From positions 90,805 through 152,278 of the forward strand of contig CAZAAL010000003.1 of NCBI GenBank assembly GCA_964483315.1: a stretch of 61,474 nt of DNA, written 5' to 3'. This document shows, piece after piece, positions 34,439-47,603 of the stretch. The notes beneath the pieces are model-generated. The model worked only from the letters and a program-made list of their open reading frames with translations, had not been told where the DNA came from and did not search any database. Numbering within the stretch: the first letter of the stretch is position 1; each line of letters opens with the position of its first letter. Origin of the DNA: an uncultured Candidatus Saccharibacteria bacterium. Its GTDB lineage: Bacteria > Patescibacteriota > Saccharimonadia > Saccharimonadales > UBA10212. A program made the translations under genes and the position numbers.

Positions 34439-34466
34439 TTTACAGGTTAATCTGTTAAGCTAATAT
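34439..34466 (+). promoter_or_regulatory. Sigma70-like promoter TTTACA-N16-TAATAT upstream of the atp operon
   Basis: Hexamers at 34439-34444 and 34461-34466. Confidence 0.4.
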
Positions 34467-34533
34467 TAAATATGATTACTTTTGGAGGGTTAAGTTGGGC
34501 TTGTAGTGCCAGCCTTTTTAGGGGGCGTATCTT

Positions 34534-35349
34534 GTGAAATTTAATACTTTTTTTGCATCTAGTGAGCCTTCACCCTTAGCGGCTGAGCAAATATTCTCAA
34601 TAGGTCCGCTAGTTATTACTAACACGATCTTCTATGGAATGGTGACGGCAATCGTTGTGTTGAGTCTTTTTGTAATCGGTGCCAATCTGAGTAACTTATG
34701 GCCAAAAAGTAAACTAGCCTTTGTGTTGGAATCAATGGTTGATATGATTACCGGTTTACTGACTGATGTATTTGGTGATCGGGCCAAAGCCGTTAAGCAT
34801 TTACCAATGTTGCTGAGCCTATTTATATTTATCTTAGCTTGTAATCTTAGCGGTTTATTGCCAGGAGTTGGTAGTATTCAGATAACCCACGACGGCGAAG
34901 CAGTACCCCTACTAAGAGCTTTTACAACCGACTTAAATGCAACCCTTGCATTAGCTATTTTTAGCCTGACTGCTGTGCAGGTATATGCAATTAAAGAACT
35001 TGGTCTGATTGGGCACATAAAACATTACTTTAATAACAACCCTAAAAAGCCACTAAACATGTTTATTGGTATTAATGAGCTGTTTGGTGAGCTGTTAAGA
35101 CTGGTTACTTTATCCTTAAGGTTATTCGGTGTAATTTATGGTGGAGAGGCCTTACTTCACGCTATTTACGAACTAGCGGGAATATTTGGTCCGGTCGCTA
35201 ATCTACCGATTATGTTCTTAGAGATATTTTTCTCCCTTGTGCAAGCCTATCTGTTCATGATGTTAACAGCCACTTATTTGGCGATGGCAACATCGCACAT
35301 CGAAGAGGCGGAATCGGAACAGCCGGCTTTGGCTACTGCTAAAGGATAG
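34534..35349 (+). CDS. atpB: F0F1 ATP synthase subunit a
   Basis: Multi-TM protein with the conserved Arg in LSLRLFGVIYGGE. First gene of the atp operon. GTG start. Confidence 0.9.
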   Translation: MKFNTFFASSEPSPLAAEQIFSIGPLVITNTIFYGMVTAIVVLSLFVIGANLSNLWPKSKLAFVLESMVDMITGLLTDVFGDRAKAVKHLPMLLSLFIFILACNLSGLLPGVGSIQITHDGEAVPLLRAFTTDLNATLALAIFSLTAVQVYAIKELGLIGHIKHYFNNNPKKPLNMFIGINELFGELLRLVTLSLRLFGVIYGGEALLHAIYELAGIFGPVANLPIMFLEIFFSLVQAYLFMMLTATYLAMATSHIEEAESEQPALATAKG

Positions 35350-35374
35350 TAAACTAATAAATTAAGGAGAATAG

Positions 35375-35593
35375 ATGGAAAACGTTGACCCAGCATTAAT
35401 CAAAGGTTTAACAATAGGTCTAGGAGCAATTGGTCCGGCCATTGGTGTCGGTTTAATTGGCGCTTCGGTTGTTGGAGCCATTGGCCGAAACCCTGAGATC
35501 CAAGGCAAAATCTTATCAACTGCCTTTATTATGATTGGCTTAGTTGATGCAGTCCTCGCTTTTGTACTACTAATTGTGTTTACGACAAACTAG
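35375..35593 (+). CDS. atpE: F0F1 ATP synthase subunit c
   Basis: 72-aa hairpin protein with loop GRNPE. The carboxylate in helix 2 is Asp (IGLVDAV). Confidence 0.9.
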   Translation: MENVDPALIKGLTIGLGAIGPAIGVGLIGASVVGAIGRNPEIQGKILSTAFIMIGLVDAVLAFVLLIVFTTN

Positions 35594-35606
35594 ATCAATT
35601 TAAGCA

Positions 35607-36149
35607 ATGACATATCAAAACCTTACATATTTTGCCGAATCGGAGGTTCCCAAGAGCGGGATTGGTGCTTTTGGCGTGGACCTACAACTGTTCTTAGCCC
35701 AACTAGTCACTTTTGTAATTGTGCTTTTAGTGCTAAAAAAGTTTGTGTTCCCCAAGCTTAGTCAGACTCTTGAGAATAGGCGCCAAGCACTTGAAGAAAG
35801 CTTAGAAAATGCCAAAAAAACCGAAGCTGCGCTGAACAACGCCCAGGCTAAAGCCGAAGAGCTTATAAAACAAGCTCGGGTTGAAGCGAATGACTTTTTA
35901 AAGCAAGCCGATACTCAGGCTCAAGAAGTTATTGCTATCGCTGAAGCAAAAAGCGTTAAGCGAGCTGAACAAATTATGCAAACCGCAAAGGATCAGATTG
36001 AAATTGAGCGCCAAAAACTTAAATCTGAATTGCGTCAAGAACTTGCTGGATTAGTTGCTGAAGCTAGCGGGCTTGTTTTAAGTGAAAAGCTTACAAGCGA
36101 ATCAGACAAACGTCTTATCGAAAAAGCGCTTAAGGAGACCCAATCATGA
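35607..36149 (+). CDS. atpF: F0F1 ATP synthase subunit b
   Basis: One N-terminal TM plus a long charged coiled coil. Position in the operon supports the call. Confidence 0.85.
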   Translation: MTYQNLTYFAESEVPKSGIGAFGVDLQLFLAQLVTFVIVLLVLKKFVFPKLSQTLENRRQALEESLENAKKTEAALNNAQAKAEELIKQARVEANDFLKQADTQAQEVIAIAEAKSVKRAEQIMQTAKDQIEIERQKLKSELRQELAGLVAEASGLVLSEKLTSESDKRLIEKALKETQS

Positions 36150-36544
36150 ACAAACTATCTCGACGCCAACTAAGTGATTATGCGGTTAGCGAACTTTTAA
36201 AAGGAACGCCACCAGAAGTTGTATCTAGCAGGTTGGTCGCAGAGCTCCAATTAAGCGGTAGAACCACCCAGTATCAGTTACTAATAGATGATATCTACCA
36301 AAAACTTGAAAGCGATAAACTGCTTAGTCGTGCTCGGGTTAGTTCAGCCAGGCCCATAAGTCAATCAACCAAAAGATTAATCAATGGGCTAGTATCAGCT
36401 CAAACAGGGTCCAAAGAGGTTGAGCTAATCGAAACCCAAGACAAAAGTTTAATCGGTGGCCTAAGAATTAGCACACCGAGCTTTAGCTGGGACAACACAG
36501 TATCAAACAGATTAAACAGGCTAGTAAGCGAAAAGAGGATATAA
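36146..36544 (+). CDS. atpH: F0F1 ATP synthase subunit delta (short, 132 aa)
   Basis: Operon position, plus the C-terminal OSCP-like motif [28 protein letters not shown]. Confidence 0.65.
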   Translation: MNKLSRRQLSDYAVSELLKGTPPEVVSSRLVAELQLSGRTTQYQLLIDDIYQKLESDKLLSRARVSSARPISQSTKRLINGLVSAQTGSKEVELIETQDKSLIGGLRISTPSFSWDNTVSNRLNRLVSEKRI

Positions 36545-36545
36545 A

Positions 36546-38106
36546 GTGTCAAAGCAAATTAGTGAATTATCAAAGCAGTTAGCGGATGAAGTTCGTCAGA
36601 GTATCAATCAGCTAAACGATGTCAATAAAGCTAGCCAGAGTGGTGTTGTAACAAAAGTTGGCGACGGTACGGCATGGGTGTGGGGGCTTTCGGGCTGTGG
36701 TTATAATGACATGCTTGAGATTGAGACCATCGACGGCCAAGTTGCCAGTGCGTTTGCTTTAAACATCCTAGAAGATGAAATTGGTGCCGTATTATTAAGT
36801 GACGAAAGTCAGGTTAAAGCTGGTGCCAAAGTTACATTAAGTGGCCAAACCCTTTCAGTCCCTGTTGGGCCAGAACTGGTTGGCCGTGTTGTTAACCCGC
36901 TTGGTCAGCCACTAGACGGTAAAGGACCAATAAAAACCAAGCAACGTGGTTTAATTGAGCAAAAAGCACCTGGTGTTTTGGACCGAAAAAGTGTGCATGA
37001 GCCATTAATGACTGGAATTACTGCAATCGATGCCATGGTGCCGATTGGTCGTGGACAACGCGAACTAATTATTGGCGATCGGCAAACTGGTAAAACAGCG
37101 ATTGTAGTCGATACTATGATAAATCAATCAAAGCAAAAAACCGGAGTAATCAATATCTATGTGGCGGTTGGCCAAAAAAATGCCAAAATTGCTCGTTTAA
37201 TTGATAGGCTAACCAAAGAAGGCGCCATGGAAAACACCATAATAGTCGCTACTTCGGCTTCTGACTCAGCTTCAATGCAATATATAGCACCCTATGCTGG
37301 ATGCGCTATGGGTGAGTATTTTCGAGACAACGCTCAGCATGCCCTGATTGGCTATGATGACCTAACAAAACACGCCGCAGCATATAGGCAAATGAGTTTG
37401 TTATTGCGTCGTCCGCCTGGTCGCGAAGCATATCCAGGTGACGTTTTTTATCTACATTCTCGATTGTTGGAACGTTCAGCCAAACTATCTGATAAGTTGG
37501 GCGCTGGTAGTCTGACTGCTCTGCCAATTATCGAAACACAGGCTGGTGATGTGAGCGCCTATATACCAACTAATGTAATATCCATAACTGACGGTCAAAT
37601 TTATCTTGAAACTGATTTATTCTATCAGGGTATCAGACCTGCCATCTCGGTCGGCTTAAGCGTATCAAGGGTTGGTGGTTCTGCTCAAACCAAAGCAGTA
37701 AAAAGTGAATCAGGCAGTCTTAGACTTGCCCTTGCCCAATATCGCGAACTTGCGGCTTTTGCGCAATTTTCAAGCGATCTTGATGAGACTACAAAAAATA
37801 GCCTTGCCAGGGGCCAACTACTCACAGAGCTACTAAAACAGGACCAGTACAGTCCCCTAAGTGTATGGCAACATACCGCAATTTTAGTATCAGCAAATAA
37901 CGGAGCTCTTGATGGCTTGCAAGTAACAGATGTCAAAAAAGCAAAGGCTACTTTGCTAAGAGAACTCGACTCGGGACATAAAGCCGATATGTCACAGCTC
38001 GAAAAAGGTGATATACCATCTGACTCCATTAAAAAAGTGATTTTAGCGGTTGCTAGCAAAGTTGCATCACAATACAAGCCAAAACCGGCGGATAAAGAGG
38101 CGATGA

Positions 38107-38114
<8 letters not shown>
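36546..38114 (+). CDS. atpA: F0F1 ATP synthase subunit alpha
   Basis: Walker A GDRQTGKT and the alpha signature [40 protein letters not shown]. Confidence 0.95.
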
Positions 38115-40810
<2,696 letters not shown>

Positions 40811-40875
40811 ACCATAAGTTGCGCACTCTTCATAAATAGTGTATTATATTTATAATAAATTTTAGGAGCAAGCTT

Positions 40876-42099
40876 GTGTCTACAAAGACTAAAAAGCAAC
40901 TTGAAGATGAAGTGGTAAAACTCAAAGCCGAACTAAAAAAATCTAAGTCTGGTACGAGTAAGCCAACTGGGCCAGATAGACACATCTTTAGAAGCACATT
41001 CAAATGGTTAGCATTTAGCTTAGCCTGTGCAGTATTGGTAGTCGCTAACCTAACTTTCTACACCGCTAGAACAATTGTCGAGACAGATAAGTTTAGCGCC
41101 GTTGCAACAAAGATAATTGAACAGCCAGCTGTACAGTCAGCCATAGCCGAAATATCAACAAAGGCCATTTATGAGAACGTCGATGTTGAAGGTGTGTTTG
41201 TTGAGGCCTTACCCGAACGGGCCCAACCAGTAGCACCATTTTTAGCCAGCGGAATTGAAAAGTTTACTCTCGATACGACCAAATCAATTTTGGCAAATCA
41301 AAGCTTCCAAGATGGCGCAAGTCAGATAATTACTAAGGCCCACAGCACCTTAATACAAGGCATAAAGCAATCTAACGGAGATGGCTCGGTCAATGTAAAC
41401 GAGCTGTATCAAGCGATTGGCGCTCAGCTCCAAAACACAAAACTGCAACCCATAACTAATAAACAGCTACCAAGTAAAATTGGTAACATCCAGGTCTTTG
41501 AGTCAAGTTGGGCGCCTACTGTTCATAGGCTGGTCAACGATTTAAATACAATCAGATTATTTACATTCATCTTTGTAGTTATCTTAATGGCTATTTTCTT
41601 ATGGCTTTCTCGTAATCGACGCAAAGCTTTGGTTCAAATTGGGATCGGCATATTTATGATCGGTTTGTTCACTTTATTGGCACTAAGGGTTGCTAAGTCG
41701 ATGGTTGTAGCCGAAGCGGTCAACTACCCAGAGGCAGTTGGCGAAATTTGGGATATATTAATTAGCCCTCTCAGAATACAAACTATTGGAGCTATGGTCG
41801 GTGGACTTGGTCTAGCATTTGTAGCTTGGATTGGTGGGTCAACCAAATCTGCAAAATCAACTCGGAGCCGAGTTGAGGCAATATTTAATGGTAAAGTTCA
41901 CAGCGCGATTTTCAAAAACGAAAATGGTTTAAGTAGGTGGACTGGTCAGCACAAGCGGTTACTTCAGACAGCAGTAGGTATATTATTCGTCCTAGCTCTT
42001 CTATTTATAAATATAAGCTGGGCAAGCGTTATATCGGTTAGCCTAATCAGCTTAGTGCTTAGCTTTTTGGTTGAAGCTATCTCAGAGCCAACAAAATAA
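40876..42099 (+). CDS. Hypothetical integral membrane protein (same architecture as 1859..2854)
   Basis: Basic N-tail, TM, motif Y-x-x-R-T-I-x-E-T-D-K-F, helical ectodomain and C-terminal TM cluster. GTG start with GGAG upstream. Confidence 0.6.
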   Translation: MSTKTKKQLEDEVVKLKAELKKSKSGTSKPTGPDRHIFRSTFKWLAFSLACAVLVVANLTFYTARTIVETDKFSAVATKIIEQPAVQSAIAEISTKAIYENVDVEGVFVEALPERAQPVAPFLASGIEKFTLDTTKSILANQSFQDGASQIITKAHSTLIQGIKQSNGDGSVNVNELYQAIGAQLQNTKLQPITNKQLPSKIGNIQVFESSWAPTVHRLVNDLNTIRLFTFIFVVILMAIFLWLSRNRRKALVQIGIGIFMIGLFTLLALRVAKSMVVAEAVNYPEAVGEIWDILISPLRIQTIGAMVGGLGLAFVAWIGGSTKSAKSTRSRVEAIFNGKVHSAIFKNENGLSRWTGQHKRLLQTAVGILFVLALLFINISWASVISVSLISLVLSFLVEAISEPTK

Positions 42100-42181
42100 T
42101 GTTGTTGTAATTGTTACTCCTATACTTGAATTTTGACATAATTACTACATAATAGGCTTATAAAGTTTAAGGAGGAATTAT

Positions 42182-42811
42182 ATGGAAGAGGTACTGTTTG
42201 GCCTATTGGCCATTGCAGTCGGTGCCGTGTTCTGCTTTGGCGGATTCGGTGCATTTAGATTGCTCTTGCCTATTTGGGGATTCTTTGCGGGGTTCACTCT
42301 GGGGCTTGGCGCAGTAGCTAATGTAACTGGTGATGGCTTCTTTGCTACCACTCTTGGTTGGGTTGTAGGTTTAGTGATAGGTTTGGTTTTTGCCATATTC
42401 GCCTATTTCTTTTATGCGGCTGCCGTCATAATTTTTGCGGCTTCAGTTGGTTTTTGGTTATTTAGTGGTTTACTAGCCCTATTAATTGATAGAGGCTTCT
42501 TGACTGGTTTAGTAGGCGTAGCAGGCGCTGTAATCTTTGCTGGATTAGCCTTGTATTACAAACTACCAAGTGTAGTTATATTAGTCTTTACGTCATTTTT
42601 TGGTGCTATAGCAATGGTATCTGGTGTTATGTTGATGATCAATCAACTGGAGCTTGGTGATTTTGAAAACGGACTAGTCGACGCTGTTGTTACGACTTCG
42701 ACTTTTTGGGCTATTGTTTGGGTTGCTCTTGGACTATTTGGTCTTATCACTCAACTTCAGCTTAGTCGACAAGTTGATCAAGAACTAAAAGAGTACTGGG
42801 AGGTTTCTTAA
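42182..42811 (+). CDS. Multi-pass membrane protein, DUF4203-like
   Basis: Gly/Phe-rich TM helices (FRLLLPIWGFFAGFTLGLG...). Strong SD AAGGAGG. Confidence 0.55.
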   Translation: MEEVLFGLLAIAVGAVFCFGGFGAFRLLLPIWGFFAGFTLGLGAVANVTGDGFFATTLGWVVGLVIGLVFAIFAYFFYAAAVIIFAASVGFWLFSGLLALLIDRGFLTGLVGVAGAVIFAGLALYYKLPSVVILVFTSFFGAIAMVSGVMLMINQLELGDFENGLVDAVVTTSTFWAIVWVALGLFGLITQLQLSRQVDQELKEYWEVS

Positions 42812-42812
42812 C

Positions 42813-43424
42813 ATGAGCGCAAAATCAAAGTCATCTACCCTTAACTCGGTCGACAATGCAGTAGCTGAACTACAGAGTAGTAGTTTGAATACCAAGAAGT
42901 CACTTAGTGAATTGTGGTGGATGTTTACTCTACGAGGCTTATTCCTAGCCATTTTTGGTGTCACAGCGATGGTCTGGCCTGGCATAACTCTGTATGTATT
43001 CTCGTGGCTATTTGCCTTGTACCTATTGGTAAACGGAGCCTTGAGTATTGTTTCTGGTATCCGTTCAATCGGTAATCACTCAGCATGGTTCTTAAGAACT
43101 TTGCTTGGGTTTTTGGAAGTCGGAATTGGTGTCTATCTGTTTGCTAGCGAGGTTGCAGAACAAGTTTCATTATTCGTAATCTATATTGGGCTTATGTTCT
43201 TGATCCAGGGTGTAGTCGAAATTGTTGAGGCATTTGCTAACAATAAAGATTCTGGACACAAAGTTTTAGTCTTTCTGGGCGGACTGTTTGCTGTAATTGC
43301 CGGTCTGATTCTTGTACGATACCCAATTACTGCTGGAGTTACTTTTGCGTGGGTAGTTGGGCTATATGCAATAATAGCTGGCGCGATGGGCTTTGTTTAC
43401 GGACTTAGCTTACGTTCAAAATAA
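42813..43424 (+). CDS. HdeD/DUF308 family membrane protein
   Basis: WWMFTLRGLFLAIFGVTAMVWPGITL plus repeated DUF308-type helix pairs. The start is 1 nt after the upstream stop. Confidence 0.7.
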   Translation: MSAKSKSSTLNSVDNAVAELQSSSLNTKKSLSELWWMFTLRGLFLAIFGVTAMVWPGITLYVFSWLFALYLLVNGALSIVSGIRSIGNHSAWFLRTLLGFLEVGIGVYLFASEVAEQVSLFVIYIGLMFLIQGVVEIVEAFANNKDSGHKVLVFLGGLFAVIAGLILVRYPITAGVTFAWVVGLYAIIAGAMGFVYGLSLRSK

Positions 43425-43446
43425 AAACTATCTAAGATTTAAAGAT

Positions 43447-43477
43447 AAAATAGAGTCCCTTAATCGGACTCTATTTT
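43447..43477. terminator. Bidirectional intrinsic terminator overlapping the last codons of ndh
   Basis: AAAATAGAGTCC / CTTAATC / GGACTCTATTTT, flanked by A- and T-tracts. Confidence 0.65.
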
Positions 43478-44704
43478 ATTTAGGTCCATGTGTGATGGTT
43501 GCCTACATATCTTGCAAGTTTCTTCAGCTATATCACTAGCTAGCCAAATTTTGATAGCTTTTTTTGTGCCTAATATGTCGCGATAACCCATTAAATCAGC
43601 CATGGCTCGGACTACTGATACCCACCAACCAGAGAATACTCTTCCGTCGCGCTCCATAACAGCCCAATTTTTACCGATAGGCACTACATAGGTAGGTTGA
43701 GTTGGTTTGTATGGCCCGGTAGTCTTATGGGAGATTTTTTTATTGATCAATTTACCAACAAAATGTCCATGTTTAACTGCACTTTGAGCTAAACCACTAA
43801 ATCGACCTTCGATGTTATCGCCAATAACGTGTAGGTGCTTATCAACCTCAAAGTAATCATTGACTATTACTTTACCGCGCTCACTGATTTCGAATTGCCC
43901 AGCATTTGATTTAAAAAATGGATTATTCGATGTGCCAGCCGTCCAGACAACAGTCCTAGTCAGGATTGACCTATCAGCCAATTTTAGAGTTGTATCTGTC
44001 TCGCTGACCACTGCTTCGCCAAGTAGTATTCTTACGCCCATTTTTCTGAGTCTTTTTGTAACTAACTCAGAAACCTTAGGGCTCATGGTTGGCAACACCC
44101 TATCTGCTCTTTCAATAACTTCGATTTTTAAGGTTTTGTTAGCTAAACCATGTTTTTTAATAATTTTTTTTAAATATGTAGTAAGCCCTGCTGAAAGCTC
44201 AGTGCCAGTCGGGCCGGCACCAACTATTACGTAGTTTCGATCGGGTTTGTGGTTGTGAGCTAGGTCGCTATGTAAATGAGCGTGAAAGTGATCAAGCGTG
44301 CTAGCCGTTTTAATACCAAACGAAAACTTTTCAAGCCCTGGTATTCCAAAGTAATTTGTTACAACTCCCAAAGCCAGTACTGCGTAATCGTAGCTGATTT
44401 TTTTGCCATCGGTCATAGTAATCACTTGTTTTTGTTTGTTTATAGCCAGGACTTTTGCCTGGATAAACTGAGTATTGGAGTTACTGGCAATCAGCTCTTT
44501 AAGAGGAATTATTGCTTGTCGTCGTCTATATCCGCTAGCCGCTCGATACAGAGCCGGGCTATACCTAAAACTACTTTCATCATTAATTATTGTAATCTCA
44601 AGTTCGCGATTATCTTTAATTTTGCGGTAAACAGCCATACCGCCAAAACCTGCCCCGACAATCACTACTCGAGTCTTAGGCTCGCTACGTTTTTTTCTTT
44701 TCAC
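43460..44704 (-). CDS. ndh: Type II NADH dehydrogenase (NDH-2) family flavoprotein
   Basis: Two dinucleotide-binding motifs: VVIVGAGFGG and YVIVGAGPTGTE. Confidence 0.85.
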   Translation of the reverse strand: MKRKKRSEPKTRVVIVGAGFGGMAVYRKIKDNRELEITIINDESSFRYSPALYRAASGYRRRQAIIPLKELIASNSNTQFIQAKVLAINKQKQVITMTDGKKISYDYAVLALGVVTNYFGIPGLEKFSFGIKTASTLDHFHAHLHSDLAHNHKPDRNYVIVGAGPTGTELSAGLTTYLKKIIKKHGLANKTLKIEVIERADRVLPTMSPKVSELVTKRLRKMGVRILLGEAVVSETDTTLKLADRSILTRTVVWTAGTSNNPFFKSNAGQFEISERGKVIVNDYFEVDKHLHVIGDNIEGRFSGLAQSAVKHGHFVGKLINKKISHKTTGPYKPTQPTYVVPIGKNWAVMERDGRVFSGWWVSVVRAMADLMGYRDILGTKKAIKIWLASDIAEETCKICRQPSHMDLNKIESD

Positions 44705-44768
44705 TGATATTTATTGTAACGCTTATGGCTATGGCGTCAATGACCGAACAGTGCTAATCTAAATGTAA

Positions 44769-46415
44769 ATGGATGGACTAAAAGATCAAGTCAGGGCGAT
44801 TATTAAGGGCGAGGTTGATGATTCGCCAGAGGCTAAAGAATTTTATAGTCACGATGCTAGCTTATTTGAAATGACCCCTGAGCTAATTGTGATGCCTAAA
44901 GATGTTAAAGATGTGCAGTCGATAGTTAAATTTGTATCTAGCAACAAAAAGCACAACCCTAAGTTATCGATAACAGCCAGGAGTGGCGGAACATGCATGT
45001 CGGGTGGAGCGATTAATAATTCGATAGTTTTGGATTTTACCAAGCACTTTAATCAGATACACAGCGTTAGTGCATTAAGTGCCAGCCTACAGCCTGGAGT
45101 TTACTACCGGGATTTTGACGCCCAAACTATAAAGCATCAAAACATGATGCCCTCTTATCCAGCATCACGCGATTTGTGTACGGTCGGTGGCATGGTTGCA
45201 AATCATTCCGGTGGCGAAAAATCACTAGAGCATGGAAAGATCGAGCGCTTCGTCTCTAAGCTAGAAGTAGTTCTTGCCGATGGTGAAAGCTACACGCTTA
45301 AACCGCTAAACCGACGTGAGCTAACCCAAAAAATGTCGCAACAAGATTTTGAAGGTGAGATATACCGGAAAACTTTCAAACTAGTTGAAGATAATTATGA
45401 AGAAATTAAATCGGCTAAGCCCACAGTAAGCAAAAACTCCACTGGTTATAATTTATGGAACATATGGGATAGGGAGAGCGGGGTTTTTGATCTTAGCCAA
45501 GTTTTTGTTGGGTCACAAGGTACACTTGGCTTGGTAACCGATATTAACTTCAGGCTAGTCAAACGTCCAAAACACTCTGGCCTATTAGTATGTTTTATGA
45601 AGGATACAAAAAAATTAGGTGAAATTATAAACGTAGTTCTTACTCATAAGCCTGCAAGTTTTGAATCATTCGATGACAATACCTTGATACTAGCCCTAAA
45701 ATTCTTCCCTTACTTTCGTAAAACACTCGGCTATAAAGGTTTAGCGAAGCTTGCATTAAGTTTAATACCCGATGGCCTAATTCTCATCAGAGGCATACCA
45801 AAACTAGTATTAATGATTGAATTTACAGGAGAGTCTACAGAAGAAGTAGCCGAAAAAATACATAAGATGAAAAATACCCTAAAACCGTATAAAATGGCCA
45901 TGGAAGAAGATGAAACAGAAGCAAAAAGCAAAAAATTTTGGATTCTTAGACGAGAAAGTTTCAACTTGCTCCGTAAAAAAGTTAAAGATAAACACACCGC
46001 TCCGTTTATTGATGATTTAATTGTTAGACCAGAGTACCTGCCAGAATTTTTGCCCAAACTCAGAAGGATTATAAAAAAATACAAACTGCTAGCTACAATT
46101 GCCGGACACATGGGCGATGGTAACTTTCATATAATCCCACTCATGAAAATTGAAGATAAAAAAGAACGGGCTAAACTAAAGCCGGCTATGTATGAGGTTA
46201 ACGAGCTAGTGCTTAAATATCATGGTTCATTATCGGGCGAGCACAACGATGGGATGATTCGTGGTCCTTGGCTCAAAGAGATGTACGGCCAAAGCATGTA
46301 TGGCCACTTTAAGGAGCTAAAAACAATATTTGATGAGCAAAATATATTTAACCCACATAAAAAGACTGACGCAAAATGGGAATACTCGATGAAGCATATT
46401 CGCGAGCATTTCTAA
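44769..46415 (+). CDS. FAD-linked oxidase (D-lactate dehydrogenase/GlcD-like)
   Basis: FAD_binding_4-type motifs ITARSGGTCMSGG and TVGGMVANHSGG. C-terminal domain with GSLSGEHNDG. Confidence 0.85.
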   Translation: MDGLKDQVRAIIKGEVDDSPEAKEFYSHDASLFEMTPELIVMPKDVKDVQSIVKFVSSNKKHNPKLSITARSGGTCMSGGAINNSIVLDFTKHFNQIHSVSALSASLQPGVYYRDFDAQTIKHQNMMPSYPASRDLCTVGGMVANHSGGEKSLEHGKIERFVSKLEVVLADGESYTLKPLNRRELTQKMSQQDFEGEIYRKTFKLVEDNYEEIKSAKPTVSKNSTGYNLWNIWDRESGVFDLSQVFVGSQGTLGLVTDINFRLVKRPKHSGLLVCFMKDTKKLGEIINVVLTHKPASFESFDDNTLILALKFFPYFRKTLGYKGLAKLALSLIPDGLILIRGIPKLVLMIEFTGESTEEVAEKIHKMKNTLKPYKMAMEEDETEAKSKKFWILRRESFNLLRKKVKDKHTAPFIDDLIVRPEYLPEFLPKLRRIIKKYKLLATIAGHMGDGNFHIIPLMKIEDKKERAKLKPAMYEVNELVLKYHGSLSGEHNDGMIRGPWLKEMYGQSMYGHFKELKTIFDEQNIFNPHKKTDAKWEYSMKHIREHF

Positions 46416-46525
46416 AAATTTGAGTAATATTTTTAACAAAATATTTTTAGTCAAATTGTATCTAGATTTGGTATTCAACAGTTTAAATGACGTAAAAAAA
46501 CTGTTGTAAAAAAGTAAAATTAGCT

Positions 46526-46554
46526 TTGACTTGAACACTATTTTTAACTAAAAT
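46526..46554 (+). promoter_or_regulatory. Sigma70-like promoter TTGACT-N17-TAAAAT for the first WxL-like gene
   Basis: Hexamers at 46526-46531 and 46549-46554. The upstream motif GTTGTAAAAA is shared with the paralog promoter region. Confidence 0.45.
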
Positions 46555-46682
46555 ATTACTTAAGGTAATAAAATAAAAACATATAAAAAGTTACCTAAAA
46601 TATTAAAACAATCGGTTTACTTAATTTATCGAGGTGTAAACTTATTGTGGCTCGCGTACCATCAAATAAAAAAGGAGACAAT

Positions 46683-47396
46683 ATGGTCAAATCAATATCA
46701 ACTAATGTCAGTAAGATTGCTTTTATAGTAGCCACGCTACTGCTAGCTTTTTCTCTAAGCTCAACGCATGTTCTGGCATCAAACACGCCTAACTTTACTC
46801 AAACACTAAACGCTGGTGTTTTAAGCACGGATATAATGGACGCATCAAGAGTTACTGTCGTTAGCCCTAGTGTAGCGTTTTCAGCAAAGACATTCTCATT
46901 TGATTGTCATTACGACGGAAGCCCAACCAATACTGCCTCTACGGGCACACTGGGAACTGCCTCTCAACGTGTGTATGTAATGAACCCGGATGCCGCCGAT
47001 AATGGCTGGACTCTATCAATTGCTGCAACTGGTGGCATCACTTCGGCTTGGGACGCCGGTGCTGCTACTGACTATGACTTTAACGACCCAACTAGCTCCG
47101 GCTGTACAGACGGTGCAGATGGCGACTCATTTGGAGGTCAAATGACCATTGATCCAAGTGTAAGTACCTTAACTGCAGATTGTTTGACTTGTGTAACAAC
47201 AAACGTCACTAAAGGCTCAAGTGCATCATTCAACCAAGGTACAGTAGACAGCATTACACTACTTAATGCCGCAGCTGCTTCTGATGATGTTTGGCGCGGT
47301 TACATGACAGGTGCTTCAACATCACAAACTGTTCCCGCTGAGCAACCTGCTGGTAGCTATAGTGTTGGTATGACAGTTACAGTCGTAGCTAACTAA
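46683..47396 (+). CDS. Secreted WxL-like surface protein, paralog 1
   Basis: The ATG at 46683 is preceded by AAAGGAGA. Signal peptide ending VLA-SNTPNF, a GWTLSIAAT motif, four conserved Cys, and C-terminal GSYSVGMTVTVVAN. Confidence 0.6.
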   Translation: MVKSISTNVSKIAFIVATLLLAFSLSSTHVLASNTPNFTQTLNAGVLSTDIMDASRVTVVSPSVAFSAKTFSFDCHYDGSPTNTASTGTLGTASQRVYVMNPDAADNGWTLSIAATGGITSAWDAGAATDYDFNDPTSSGCTDGADGDSFGGQMTIDPSVSTLTADCLTCVTTNVTKGSSASFNQGTVDSITLLNAAAASDDVWRGYMTGASTSQTVPAEQPAGSYSVGMTVTVVAN

Positions 47397-47417
47397 AGTA
47401 TTACGCGACCATTATTT

Positions 47418-47443
47418 AAAAAGCTCCAACCAGGAGCTTTTTA
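47418..47443 (+). terminator. Intrinsic terminator
   Basis: AAAAAGCTCC / AACCA / GGAGCTTTTT. Confidence 0.75.
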
Positions 47444-47542
47444 AATTGAATACAATTTGTGTGACAAGTCAAAATAAAAAAGCTGTGCAGACTTATATAA
47501 ACAGAGGTAAAACTAAATTACGTTGTAAAAATTATTATACCT

Positions 47543-47571
47543 TTGACAGGTACAAGATTATGCATTACCAT
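47543..47571 (+). promoter_or_regulatory. Possible promoter TTGACA-N17-TACCAT for the second WxL-like gene
   Basis: Consensus -35 but weak -10. Preceded by GTTGTAAAAA, as in the paralog. Confidence 0.35.
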
Positions 47572-47603
47572 TATTGTCATAACATCTAATATGAGGGGGA
47601 TGT

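Noticed and set aside
42178-42396. 72-aa minus-strand Pro/Lys/Thr-rich ORF
   Set aside because: It is antisense to a strongly hydrophobic multi-TM ORF that has a perfect SD (AAGGAGG). Its composition is a mirror artefact of Gly/Phe/Leu codons.
44276-44707. 143-aa plus-strand ORF, and 43860..44234
   Set aside because: They are antisense to ndh, which has two clear dinucleotide-binding motifs on the minus strand.
46317-46786. Short minus-strand ORFs 46317..46538 and 46595..46786 in the AT-rich spacer
   Set aside because: They are open by chance in AT-rich promoter DNA, overlap the ends of real genes, and give Lys/Leu/Phe/Asn-rich low-complexity translations.
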